Shown here: positions 25,601 to 39,340 of the stretch, one piece after another | Layout of the letters: every line of letters starts with the position of its first letter | How positions within the stretch are numbered: the first letter of the stretch is position 1 | Assembly (NCBI GenBank): GCA_051362555.1 | Contig: CM120642.1 | Coordinates: 3,720,001 to 3,784,000, forward strand | Origin: Lingula anatina | Taxonomy: Eukaryota > Animalia > Brachiopoda | Direction of reading: 5' to 3' | DNA: 64,000 nt | Notes under the pieces: generated by a model | Told to the model about the DNA's origin: nothing | What the model saw: the letters and a program-made list of their open reading frames with translations, nothing else | Database searches by the model: none | Position numbers and translations under genes: made by a program

Positions 25601-28600
25601 AAGCCATGGTACTTCCCTCTCACCAAGTCATACTGGTGCGGTCATGCCATCTACACTGAACACAAGCCGTGTGGACTGCGTAGCCTGTGGTCCTGGTGGC
25701 GAGATAGAAGTAACCAGTTTGATATGTCTGTCATGGAGGAGGACCAGGCTTGTGCTATGGAGCAGAGACCACAGGGTAACTAGAATATGACATGACATGA
25801 TATAGCATGACTTGATATAACATGACATAATACATTTTATGACATATTATAACATGACATGATATGACATGACTTAGTTTAATGTGTTGTGACATGATAT
25901 GACTTGACATGATACAATGTTATATGATTTATAATAAAGTGTGATTATGCTCTAAAGTTTATGAAAAACATGTGTACATTTGAATTTGTAAACTTTCATG
26001 TAGGTTAAAGGGATAAGTAAAAAAAGTGAGGAAAAAGATTGTTTTACTAATCAAAGGAAATGACATTTTCTTGTGAAGAAAGATGTTACTTGGTAGAATA
26101 TCTTTTAAAATAGCTCATTGTTTGTTTGTCATCTGGCATAAGAAACTTTGATTTGACTGTAATCTGTGCATTCAGCCATTTCAAAAGTCATATTGATGTA
26201 ACTTTTATACCCCCAGCTGTTTTGCAATAAAATGTCAAAGTTGACACCATCACATTAAAAATTGCATCACACCACGGGGCAAACACACTATTAGATTATT
26301 ACGAATTGTACAGTTTTAACATTGTACTAGCAGATGTGCCATGGTCTTCCCTGTAACATGTTGCACTTATCTAATTTTATATTCAATATGTCAAGTACTG
26401 AACATATTGCAGAAGATCATTAGGTATTGTTCAAGATGTTAACATGGTGAATGCAGATTTTTGCACTTAAGTCATTCTACATCAATATGTCACTTGCTGA
26501 ACATGTTGTTGCAGTTATCTCACTTTATATTCCATATGTCAACTACTGAACATGTTGCAGTTATGTCATTTTATATTTAGTAAATCATTTCATTATAGAT
26601 GACAGCCAGTGCTTTGAGAGGGACCCCTCCCATCTGCCCCTGGGTGTCCATATTGATAACCTGGTGAAGGTGGGTGTAGGCAGTGTGTTTTTTTTTGTCA
26701 ACCTTTTTGAGTCATAAAACTAAAGCTAAAAAAGGGAATATGAGCTCCTTTTCTTCAAACAAATTGGTATCATACTTGGGGATTATCACAGGTTGCTCAC
26801 ATGTTTTATTTAGAAAAATGGCTCCTTGGGAGTCGTAATAATCTATGTGAGATTGGTACCTCAGTTTCCTTTGAAAAAGAGTGCTGTGAAAGAGGAAATA
26901 ATTTTCTTTTATTCTTATATGAATGGTTTCTTCTATTAGGTGTACAAGAATGGCAAGCTGGCTGTGAACAAGCTGTCACTGGACTTGTTTGAAGGGCAGA
27001 TCACGTCATTTCTTGGGCATAATGGAGCAGGGAAAACAACAACAATGTATGGCAATTTTGTTCCATGGAGATTTTTTTAAGAAACAAGAGATTTCCTTCA
27101 TCACAATCATAACTGCTTTGTATCTCGAATATAAAAGCTATTGATATTAATAGGTATAATATAAAGCTCATCAAGATGTAAGACTTAAGATTTTGAATAT
27201 AGACTTAAAGATGATTATAACATTAATTTCTTCAAAACATATTGATCACTCAGTTGTAGTTGTTTTCTTTTGTGATTGTTGTAGCAGCATTTTCTGAAGA
27301 TGGTGACAAGAAAGACACTAGAGTGGAAAAACTAATTTTAGCTGTTGTTGTGAAGAAGCTATCATTGTGACTGAGTGTATTATAATGCAGCTGTTGAAAT
27401 TGTTTACCGAAATAAACTGACCTATAGTACTTTAAAATGAATTTGATATCCAATTATACAGGTCCATCCTGACTGGATTGTTTCCCCCTACAGCAGGCTA
27501 TGCCCAGATCTATGGGTTGGACATTAGGACAGACATGGAGGACATCAGGAAAAGCCTTGGGATGTGCCCACAACATAATGTCCTCTTTGACAAGTATGAA
27601 ACATTTATTTACTTCCTATAATGTAGAAAAATCCAAACACTTGAAACTGAATCAAAACATACTACATATTCATAATGAGTAGCCAGGTTACTTCTAAAGA
27701 TTTGACAATGTTATTTTATGTTATACAAGATTTACAATGACTTCTGTCGTTCATTTGGATTTGTGTGTTTCCAAATATATTTTCAGTTTGCCCAATATAT
27801 GATTCATTGATAATTTAATATTTTAGTAATTGCTCTCTGTAACTATACATTTTGTTTGTTTTCAGAATGACAGTAGAAGAGCATCTTTGGTTCTACTCCA
27901 AGTTAAAGGGAATGGATGCCAAGAGCATGAAGGCTGAGATGGACCAGTATGTAAAAGATCTTAGTAAAATATTTTAGAACTGAAAGCTTCTCTTAATTTT
28001 TAGGCCAAATATTTCCCTTTTGATATTCAGGATATGTTGGTAGTAGTCCACTAAGGACCATGATTTTAAAATATCAACCTCTTTTCTTATAAAACAGGTC
28101 AAATATTTCATTTAGGTAAACTACTATAGATTTATCTTGGCTCATAAACGTTTCTCTTTTTGCTCTATCTAGAATGATCTATGACCTGGGTCTGCCAAAG
28201 AAGCGTCACAGCCCTGTGGACTGTCTCTCAGGTGGTATGAAGAGAAAGCTGTCTGTTGCCATTGCCTTCATAGCTGGCTCCAGGACTGTCATCCTGGACG
28301 AACCAACATCTGGTGTGGATCCCTATGCCAGGAGACAAATCTGGGATTTACTGATTAAATACAAAAAAGGTGAGTGTTGTATTTGTATGTATGTAGTCTG
28401 CAGTGGTGATTTTGGCCCCATACCAAATGCCAATAAATTCAGGGGCTGGAAAGGAAAATTAATACCTTTGTTCTGTTGATGGACACTGTTTGCGCTTGGG
28501 TTTGTAAATTCTTAGGCTCTGGTGTCCTGAATTGCCTGTAGACTAAAATGGTTTTGGCACAGACTGAGACTGCCTTGAAAGTTAATATAAAGAGATGCTG

Positions 28601-31600
28601 ATCAAACTGTTAGAATATTAAGAAGAAGGTAAATTTTAGATTTGTTTGGCTGTACTGCTGCAATAAGAATATAACACTGGTAAAACGAAATACATTCTGA
28701 TGTTTTCCAGATCGTACTGTGCTCCTGTCAACTCACTACATGGATGAAGCTGACCTCCTGGGTGACCGGATAGCCATCATCTCTAGTGGTCAGCTCAAGT
28801 GTTGTGGGTCATCTCTGTTCTTAAAGAGTACCTTTGGGGATGGGTACCATCTGAAAATGGTCAAGAAGCCCTCTGAAGTGGATGCTCATAGTATCAGTGA
28901 GTCTTTTTAATGCCCCCAGTTTATCTGGTTGTTTTTGCTTCTCATGTTCTATCATGAATTGTTAATCTGAGTGACTTAAATGCAGTAATACTGTAACAGT
29001 AGATTTTTTTTATTGTGCAAGTTGGGAAATATTTGGTGCTGTTGGCTCATTATTTTATTTTTATCCCTAATTTATACCTGAACTTACTGAGCCACAAATT
29101 ATAGAATAAATCTGAAAAATGGAGCCTTTAGTGTTTTACACTTTCTTTGGCATAACGAATTCATTATTAGACATGGTTCACAAATTGATATTGCACTTGT
29201 GAATTTGTTTGGTTAGAACCTCTAGGGCATATGTCGCCATATGTTCAGCAGCAATTTTATAAAACATGTCTTTATCTTTCACAGATGACGAGCCCGATAC
29301 GATGCACCCCTCAAGCTCCTTCATAACTTACTGCGTGGAAGATACAGTCACAGAGTTTGTCAAAAAATATGTCAGCACGGCCTACATTACCAAAGCCACC
29401 AATCACGAGCTGCATTACATCCTACCCTTTGAAGAGGCCAAGAAGGGGAACTTTGAGAAACTGTTCCATGCACTGGACTCTCACCTGGACCAGCTGGACA
29501 TCAGCAGTTATGGGGTGATGGACACATCACTGGAGGAGGTGTTCTTAACAGTGACCGAGAAACCAAAAAAGAATCCAGAACTGGGTATGGCTGAAGTGAA
29601 TTCAGTGTGCATAGTATCCTGAGTGTATAGTGGTTGTGGAGTTTTATGGTTATAGAATTGATTCTTTTACTTTTTTCACCTATGTGCAGTTTATAATTCA
29701 AATGATGCTATTTTGCAGCTATTGGCTTGGAACAGTTTCACAAAAGAATTTCAGACCAAAAATTGATCTTTAAATAACCTTCTATTAATTCATGATAAAT
29801 CTGAAGTAGTACATTTAAAAGAAAGTAAACCACAGCCATGTCTTTATTGTTATAAAAGAGGTGCAATACTTTGTTTAGTCTGACAACCACTGATTTATCT
29901 TTGGTCAAATTAAGCAAAATTTCTGGTCTAAAAGTTTGGACCAAATTTTGGTCTTTCGTTATTTTGTGAAATTGGTTCATGATCCTGTCCAGTAATAATT
30001 CAACCATTACTTGAGCATTTTGTCTTGCTTTGTGCTTTAGATGAGGAAGAAGTGAAGAACTTAGAAAATCAGACCATCCAGTTTCCCCTAGATGATACAT
30101 ATGGCATGACGGGCCAGGCGAGTGATGGTGACGAGGCCATGATTGACTTGGAGCCTGTGCTGTCCTCTGGTGGTGATGTAGAGCTGGGTGACCTTGGCAC
30201 AACCTCGGCACACAGGCGGCAGTGGAGCGATGGCTCTATACATCATGTGTCTCTACACACAGGACCACATGCCCAGTATGCCAGGCTGGTGAATGAGGAC
30301 ACACAGAGTATAGCTAGTATGTATTGCAGTATGTTATGGGGAGGGGGCTGGTGAGGGGTTTATCAGGGTGCCATAGAGAGGGATATATTTACTTCAAATT
30401 AAATTTTGCATTTTTATTGGAGGACCTGATATATTTTGTTTTTGAGATTTCATACGAAACATTTACAAATGATATTTAGAATTTTTTATAGAATCATCTT
30501 CATCCTTGTCACATATGTTGTACTATTTGCAGGCAGTGACCATGAACCCCAGCCACACCCTGGGGCAGGATCATACATAGTCTCTGGTGGCATGCTGAGG
30601 TTCCAGCAGCTCCTGGCTGTCATTGTGAAGCGGTTCTACTACATACGAAGAAACTGGAAGGGCCTCTTCTCCCAGATCTTGCTGCCTGCCTTGTTTGTTG
30701 CAATCGCCATGACAGTAGCCCTCTCGGCACCAAAGCTCCGCAATCTACCTCCATTAACTCTAAGCCCAGCTCAGTACTACAACTACACCCAGCCAAGAGG
30801 AAACTATGTGCCTTACAACAACCAAGCCAAAGACAGTCCAAATGCAGTTGGAAAGCAGACCAAAACTCAACAGATGGCAGACAGTATCATCCAGACTTTC
30901 ATGTTGCCTTCAGGACTTGGTGCTACCTGTATCCTCAAGCGACCAATCAATAATGCTTTTGATGCCGATCTGACGCGTACTCTGACGGGGAATTATTCCC
31001 AGAAGACATTCAAGCTGTTGGCAGAGTACTTTGAGCCTGGCTGTGAGAGCGTGTTTGTTAAGGGACTGCCTCTGAGTTATTTTGTTCCTCCACCCCCCAC
31101 AGCACCACCTGTGGATGAAGACACCCTGAACCTGCTGGACAATGATACAGAGTCAAGTAGCAGTAAGTATGCATAGATGTTTGCCCTTTACCTTGGTATA
31201 AGAAAAAATGAACAAGAAAAAAAGAGACATTGTGTAGTTAGCTGAATTAAGAAAAAGTACATTTTTATGCAGTCATACACAAGAAATAAGATATGCATGT
31301 AATCTTCCAATGTACTTGCATGCTTTTGTTGCAGGTTTGTGTTTGCCTAATGAGAATATGTATACAATTCTTAATAATCCCCAAAACTTTCTCTCTAATC
31401 CTCACTTCAGCTACCCACTCTCCAGATGGCCCCCATTTTTACCCCCACTGCATCTGCGCCAAGGACGGCAGTGGGTTTGTATGTCCACTCACTGGTTTCT
31501 TAAACCCAGAGGAGAAGAAGCTGGTGACCAGTGACATCTTAGTGGACATCACCAGTCAGGACACATCCCAGTACTTGTTGCACACCACCAATGCCTTCCG

Positions 31601-33645
31601 CCTGCACAGGTATGGCGCGGTGTCCGTGGGGTTGGAGAGGGATTACGTACCTGATAGGTTTGGAGAGCATGCACCACCTTTGTTCAGGCAGATTGCTGTG
31701 AAGAGGGTCTCAAAGGTAGGGTGTTTGCTTTATCATTGCCTACATGAAATTTTAATGCAATACATGTCTTTTGGTTGTATATCTGCTAAAATTTATGTGC
31801 AATGTAGAACTTATTAATGAGTATTATTAGAATTAAAATTCAGGTGACAAAGTTTGTATAAAAATAAGAAAGCCATGTAAACACATTAACCAAATTAAAT
31901 TTCAAATTTATTCTAAAATATATTGAACATCAACAGTGTTTAGGCATTTCTTATGATATATAAAACTATACAGGAAATTTCCAGGCATGAAATGTTCAAT
32001 TAAAATACTAAATTTTCAGGTTTGGTATAACCAGAAGGGCTATCACTCCATGCCTACCTATCTGAACACTCTGAACAATGCCATTCTGAGGGCAAATCTG
32101 CCCAAGAAGAAAGGGAACCCAGCAGCTTATGGCATCACTGTCGTAAACCACCCCATGAGTAATACAAATGATCAGCTCAATATAGAGTCCATGTGAGTAA
32201 CACTAATGATCAGCTCAATATAGTGTCCATGTGAGTATTGTCGCAGACAATGTTTTAAAATGGGTTAATACTTTTTAATTTTCTCAACAGTGTTGGAATG
32301 GATATACATTATAAAATAAGTATCATTTTGAGAGAAAAAAATGACCGTCCCCACCTGCACCCCACCCTCACCCCTACCCCCAGCCCCAAGTGGGCTGGCT
32401 ATAACCTTTGGAGCACAAAACAGTGAACTCCAGACCTTGGTCTCTGTTGAGAGACTGGCTGTTGATATTGCTTTATTTTGACCATTATATTATTTTGTTA
32501 TTTCATATCAGCCTGAAAGGCTCAGACGTCCTGATCGCCATCTTCATCATCTGTGCCATGTCCTTTGTGCCAGCCAGTTTTGTGTTGTTTCTTGTGTATG
32601 AACGGTCCACCAAGTCCAAGCACCTGCAGTTTGTCAGCGGAATTGACCCCATCATCTATTGGCTGGCCAACTACATCTGGGATATGGTAAAGAAATAATA
32701 ACTCACAGCCTTGGTATATTTATTTTGTGTAAATACCTGTAAAATATGTCTGTGATTAGCATAATCATCTTCAGAGACGGAAGCGTCAAGGCTGACCTGC
32801 CGTGGCACATGCAGATTAGCATAATAATTAGTATATAATGTATGCAATGTGTGAAATCTTAGAAATAAGGACTTGCTCTTTTAACGAACTGAATTGTATG
32901 TATTTATATCTGAATGCCTTTTATATCTAATACTGAAAATTGTCCAAGGGAAAATGTTATTGTTTCTTGTTCAGAGTATATCTAAACTATGAAAATTCTC
33001 AGACACAAGCCTAAAATTTTCCGTACCGTTAGCTTACGGCCAACCTGGTCGAAGGCCTTCATCAGACTGATGTACGGAAAATTTTAGGCTTTTGTCTGAG
33101 AATTTTCATATTTATCCAACAACCAAGCTAATGAACATTTTTGCTCATATATCTAAACTATTTTGAAAACTGTAAGGCACCTTCTAAGAACAAATGCAAA
33201 GTCAACCAACCACCTTAATACTTGATAGTAATATTGATGTGTACTTTCCTGATTTTCAGTGTAACTACTTGATTCCTATGTCCTGCTGCATCATCATACT
33301 GCGTGTGTTTGACATCCCATCTTATGTCTCTGATACCAACTTTCCAGCAGTGGTCTCCTTGTTTCTTTTATATGGGTAAGTCAGTGCAACAATCTTAGTA
33401 CTAATTGTATCCTAAAACATGTATCACATGTATTGCAAATCACATTTCACACAGGGGAATGTATGAAGTATGAAAGGTTTGTATAAATAGTTTTTGCTGG
33501 AGTTCTGTGTGCATGAGTGAGTGGGCTTCCACATCGCTGCCCGAATTGGGGACAATTTTTGCAATGCGCTATACATCATTACCTCTATGACCTTGAAGGG
33601 TTAAGGGTCTGATTAGATGGGAGGAGGAGGAGGAGGAGGTGTGTG

Positions 33646-33676
<31 letters not shown>

Positions 33677-36600
33677 TGTGAAAAAGACCAGATATAGTGG
33701 ATTAGATCTCCAGACATTCGATTCTCTTCTGGGATTTCACAATACTTTGTATTCATGAATGCTACTACATTTGTATTTTTGTGTTTATATATAATTTATT
33801 TCAGGTGGTCTATCACCCCTCTGATGTACCCAGCCTCCTTTGTGTTTAAGGAGCCCAGTACAGCGTACATCTTTCTCATCGTGATCAACCTATTCGTAGG
33901 CATTACATGTATCATCACAAGCTTCTTACTGGATATGTTTGACTATGACAAGGTAAATAAAGTTATGCATAATTTCTTTCCATGTGTATTTCCCATAAGA
34001 TTTGTTTGCTAAATTTGCAACTTGAATGTGCATCTAATAACAGAAGACCTTTTGAGCAAGACTTGTTGTTATTACAGTTCAACACAGAATTCCTATATAT
34101 CATAATCTAAAAATTCTGTTAATTTCTGTTTTTTTTTTTTTTTTTTTTACAAACTTTTTGGTTAAATCTGGCTTTTTCATTTGATTCTTAGGAATGTAAA
34201 ATTTCATAATGCAAAATATATGTTTGAAGAGAGTATTAATTTTGATATTTATTTATTATATCTGTTCTTCCTATTCAAGGATCTTCATGAAGTTCACAAG
34301 GTGCTGAGTGTTGTTTTCTTACTATTCCCTAACTATTGCCTGGGAAGAGGTCTGATGGATATAGCCTTCAATGAGTACCACAACGAGTACTATTACAGAA
34401 CTGGTAGGATGCTACTCTGATTAGCTCTCTTAATCAAAATTTGATCTAGTTTCTGTGCCAATAGTGAAACAGTCATAGATTTAATGGTAAAAGATATCAT
34501 GTAAAACTAGACTAGTATGAAATTAGTGAACAGTTAAAACTGAATGGGACACCTAGAAAAGGAGACACTATGATCATAAATTCAAGGAAGTTTATGACAG
34601 CAACTTCCTGGTATATGATGACATCTTGTTTCCAAAGTATCACACTGAGGTGGGGAATTGCCATTCACCTGTTCAAGGTCCATTGCTGGTGGATTAAAAG
34701 GTAGTGCATTACTGTTAAGAAAAACTATTTAATCATCTCATCCAAAGGCCATGAAAAGCCTATTTATGTACATACACACTGTGTATGTGTAGCTGTCACT
34801 GATTTGTAACTGTAAAATCATGTGTTTTTCTGAACAGGTCAGTATGGGAAGGTGATGTCCCCCTTTGACTGGGATCTGGTGCCAAGGAACCTGGCTGCTA
34901 TGGGCAGTATGGGCTTTGTCTTCTTCATTATCACACTCCTTTGTGAATACAGGTTCTTCATCAAGTCCAAGTGAGTTGAGAAACCATTATTACTGAGCAG
35001 TTATGCATTAGAAGTACCTATGCATTGCAAACAAAAGTTAAATCTAGCCCATTTGTTGTATAAGAAATAATAGAAAAATGATGTGGTATGTACTAAAGCA
35101 ATACTTTCTAATTTGCCAGGCGTCTTAAAGTTGAAAGCTCAGTTATCACAGATGATGATGAAGATGTAGCTGCAGAGAGGAAGAGGGTGCTCAGAGGCAG
35201 TGGCAGAAATGATATGCTGAGGCTGGAAAATCTCACTAAGGTAAACTCTGGACCTTGGCTGTGGACATTTTCACTCAAATACAATAAACAATACAATTAT
35301 CAAGTAATTCATTTAACAGATATATGATTGTATATAAATATTACGGCATGTTAAACTTGTTTGCTTATTATATTGATAGCCACCAGAGTAGACTACAATA
35401 TAATAATATGAAAAAAAATACATTTTTGTTAGATATACAAGACGAGAAAACTAGGTCGCCATCTTGCTGTGGACCGCCTGTGTCTTGGAGTACCCCAGGG
35501 AGAGGTCAGTGATTCTATTGATGTGTGTGTGTGTTTGTGTATGTGTGTGTGTGTGCACGCACACTGGTGTGTTTGTATCAATGTCACACAGATATTTTCT
35601 GATAATATGAGGTAAAGAAAACTGTGTTCACTCTTATCTAAGATACCATTGTTCTCAAGAGATATGAAAGACTATTTTTGTTCTGAATTTGCTAGCATTT
35701 AAAACAAAATTTTTAGAGCTATTTATGAGGATGATTTATCAAAATGACATTGTATTTCTCCCCAGTGTTTTGGTTTACTTGGAGTCAATGGTGCTGGTAA
35801 AACAACAACCTTCAAGATGCTGACTGGAGATATTCAGCCCACAGGAGGTGATGCTTTCCTCAATGGATACAGGTAAAACATCATGACAAGGTTACCAAAG
35901 TAAAAACAAATAAGATCTGTATGTTAGAAAAATTGTTTTAGTGTGACTAATTGGGGTGAAACTGTGAAACTTGACAGCAGTCTGAAATGAGGTTTAGTTT
36001 GGGCTGTAAGAAAACTATTATATCTGTATCATTTATTCCTTTACATTCATATTATAGATGTGTGACCGTGAAACTATCAGAGCTTGTGGGTTTGGCACTT
36101 TTCAATTGAAACTCTCTTTTTCTTTCCAGCAGACTAGTACACTAATCTATGATTGAGTTCTCATTTTGACTGGTAAAAATGACACAATTGTGTTTCAGTA
36201 TCCATGCAGACATGTTGAAGGTCCAGCAGAACATAGGTTACTGCCCCCAGTTTGATGCTTTGTATGACCAGCTAACAGCCAGGGAACACCTGCAGCTGTA
36301 TGCCAGACTGAGGGGTGTACCATACAAGGATGAGAAGATGGTGAGTTCAGTTATATCAGGGATTGTAATGTCCACATATATCAGCGATTCTTATGCCTAC
36401 GTATGTATGTCAGTGACCACCATGACCACATCACTGACTACTAATGGTTAATTTTTATGGTCAGACTGTGTGTTTGGAGATGTGGAGCTCACTTGCATCT
36501 GTCACCTTCACCTTGCCATTTCTGTTGCCCTTTCCTCTTTTTAATTTTTTTTTTAAGTTATCATTTGTAACTGGGCATTTTTAAGTGTGCAGTAAACACA

Positions 36601-39298
36601 ACTCACTGTTATTGTGTGGAGTGTTCACCTATTTTTGTTTCCAATCTTCAGGTAGTGCAGTGGGCTCTGGAGAAGTTTGATCTGTTGTCTCTAGCAGATA
36701 ACCTCTCTGGCTCTTACAGTGGTGGTAATAAGAGAAAACTGTCCACAGCTATTGCACTGCTAGGTAACCCGCCTGTTATATTCCTGGTAAGTGATATGGA
36801 AATTTAGTATTTAGAAACAATTCAGTAATGTAATGTTTTATATTCCTGGTAAGTTGAATGGAAATATAGTACTTAGAAACAATTCAGTATTGTAATGCTT
36901 TATATTCAGAATATTTTGCACAAAGGAAGGCATTGTTTTTAAAGTATGTGAAATGAGTGTTTGATTGCATTTTATTATTTAGTAGTACCAATTTTGAAAC
37001 AAGATCCCTATTGGCCAAATTATGGTCCTGTGAGGTGAACAAAATATATTGCACCTCATTTTCAGGGATTTTAATCTATTGTAGGGAAATACTTTCAAAC
37101 AGAATGCCTCTGCAGGTCTCTAAATATAACTGATAAATATCTTTCTTTGTGGTTTAAATCCACTTATTCCCTCAGTTTGTAAATATACATGCATCGGGTC
37201 TGATAAAAGCCTGTATTTTGCTATTCTCCAGGATGAACCCACCACCGGGATGGACCCACAGTCCCGGCGCTTCCTGTGGGATATAATCCTCAACCTCATC
37301 AAAGATGGAAGATCAGTAATTCTCACATCGCACAGGTCTGTACGTCTGCTAATTATTATAAGCTGTTTTCATGACAGTTTTAACAACTGCCATGCAATCA
37401 AAATGGTTTAAGAGTGATTTTGTTGTCTTAGGTTGTTTATTGGAAAAAAAACCCTGAAATTATTTTAAAGGTGGGTAGCTGTGTGGAAAGTCATCTACAC
37501 AGACATGCTAACTGACCTTAGCCAATAAATTACTGATTTACTGGTCTGTTTGCCCTGTGGCCGTTTTTGAATCTAAAACATTTTTTGAACAAAAACTGAC
37601 TTGGAGGCAGCTTTAGATGGGTTTGTGCTTATGGTTTCACATCCTGTCATAAACACAGTCTATTTCTGTATGTATTTACATCTGTAAAGAAAGAAAATTT
37701 CTCACAAATTATGACATTTGAACACCTCATTTGTCCTGAACATTTTGTCTGCTTTTCAGGTATTAATTAAATCGACAAAAACTGATTTGGGAAAAATAAT
37801 TCATTTGTTTGAAATTTAGTTACTGACTTCTTTACATGATTGAATCTTTCTTCCAGCATGGAGGAATGTGAAGAACTGTGCACTCGTCTGGCTATCATGG
37901 TGAACGGTCATTTCAAATGCATGGGAAGCATACAGCACCTCAAAAATAAATTTGGCAAGGGGTACACTGTAACTGTTAGGGTTAAAGGTCATGATATTGA
38001 TAGAGAGGTCAGGGCAGTCAGGCGCTATATGAATAGGCATTTCCCAGACGCTGAACTGAAGGTAAGGAGAAATCAATGTTAAATATATATGTAAATTTGC
38101 TTACAGCCTTTACTTATCTTGAATGTTTTCTGTGTGAAACATTTTTGTGATATTCAAAGATTTGAGTTACACAATTTTTATATTGATGTGAGGTAATATA
38201 AGAAAAATGTGCCATATGATATTTTCTTGTGATAAATGATAATTTAGATTATTATGTGAAGAGTTTATTTCTTCTGTTGATCAAATGACTGTACATGTCT
38301 AAACTTTGCTGTCTAATTTTATTTGACACAATTTCTTCTTATAAATCAACATGCTTGAGTGTTTCAAATTTTCTGTTCATGAAATAAGTTTTGTCCTCCA
38401 GGAGCAGCATCACAACACTGTCCAGTACGAGCTCGCGTCCAGCACTCTCTCCCTGGGGACTGCCTTTGCCAAGATGGAGGAGGCCCAACGTGATCTCAAT
38501 GTGGAGGAGTACTCCATATGTCAGAATACATTAGATAATGTAAGGGACCAGGGTTATTTATTTTTGATTGTGTATATTTTGTAGATTGATGCTGACCTGC
38601 TGATAGCTCTTCTGTTCTTTATCACTATAGCAGCATGCATTACCATCCCTGGTGAACAGATACTCCTACCTTGTACATTGAATATTCTGATGTGCTGTTC
38701 ATGTTTTCAGCAGTTTGAAAAGATGATAAGATTATTTAACAATTTGATCAAAGTTGTTCCCTAGGGGATATCAGTTTGTTTACATGGATATTTTTATGAA
38801 AGTTTAAGTTATCTAGATCTCAGAGTCTTTGGCTTCCTTTAAGAAAAGAAATCATTACATGAGGCTCTGAAATTACAAATTATTATTCACAGGTATTTAT
38901 CAGTTTTGTGAAAATGCAGTCAGAGCTGGTGCGCGAGAGGCATGACACAGGAGAGACAGACCTTCCTTCAGAAAGGAGCCAGACGCTACACAGAGCTGAA
39001 GATGATGATGATGAACCACTACTTGATGCTGGTGATGACATGCCATTGGTGGGCCAGTCAGGGGTAACTAGGATATTTTTGTACTAGGAAGAAGAGCAAG
39101 TTTGATTTGATTAAGCATTTAAGACAGGGATCATCAGTTAATTTACAAAATGTGGTGAAATTATAAGGGTGCAATTTTCTAATGATATTTTTGAAGAATG
39201 TATAACAAGTTTATAAAGTGTGTACAGTTATAGTTTATAGATGATAAAAACATAAATTTAAATCTAAATAGTCATCTGTGTTTTCAATAAAAAGCATA

Positions 39299-39340
<42 letters not shown>

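Noticed and set aside
39064-39087. ABCA2 ending at the TAG at 39085-39087 by reading through the donor
   Set aside because: Splicing at 39063 to the exon at 40175 gives a C-terminus resembling known ABCA2 (ending in Cys), which is the better model, though read-through could be a minor isoform.
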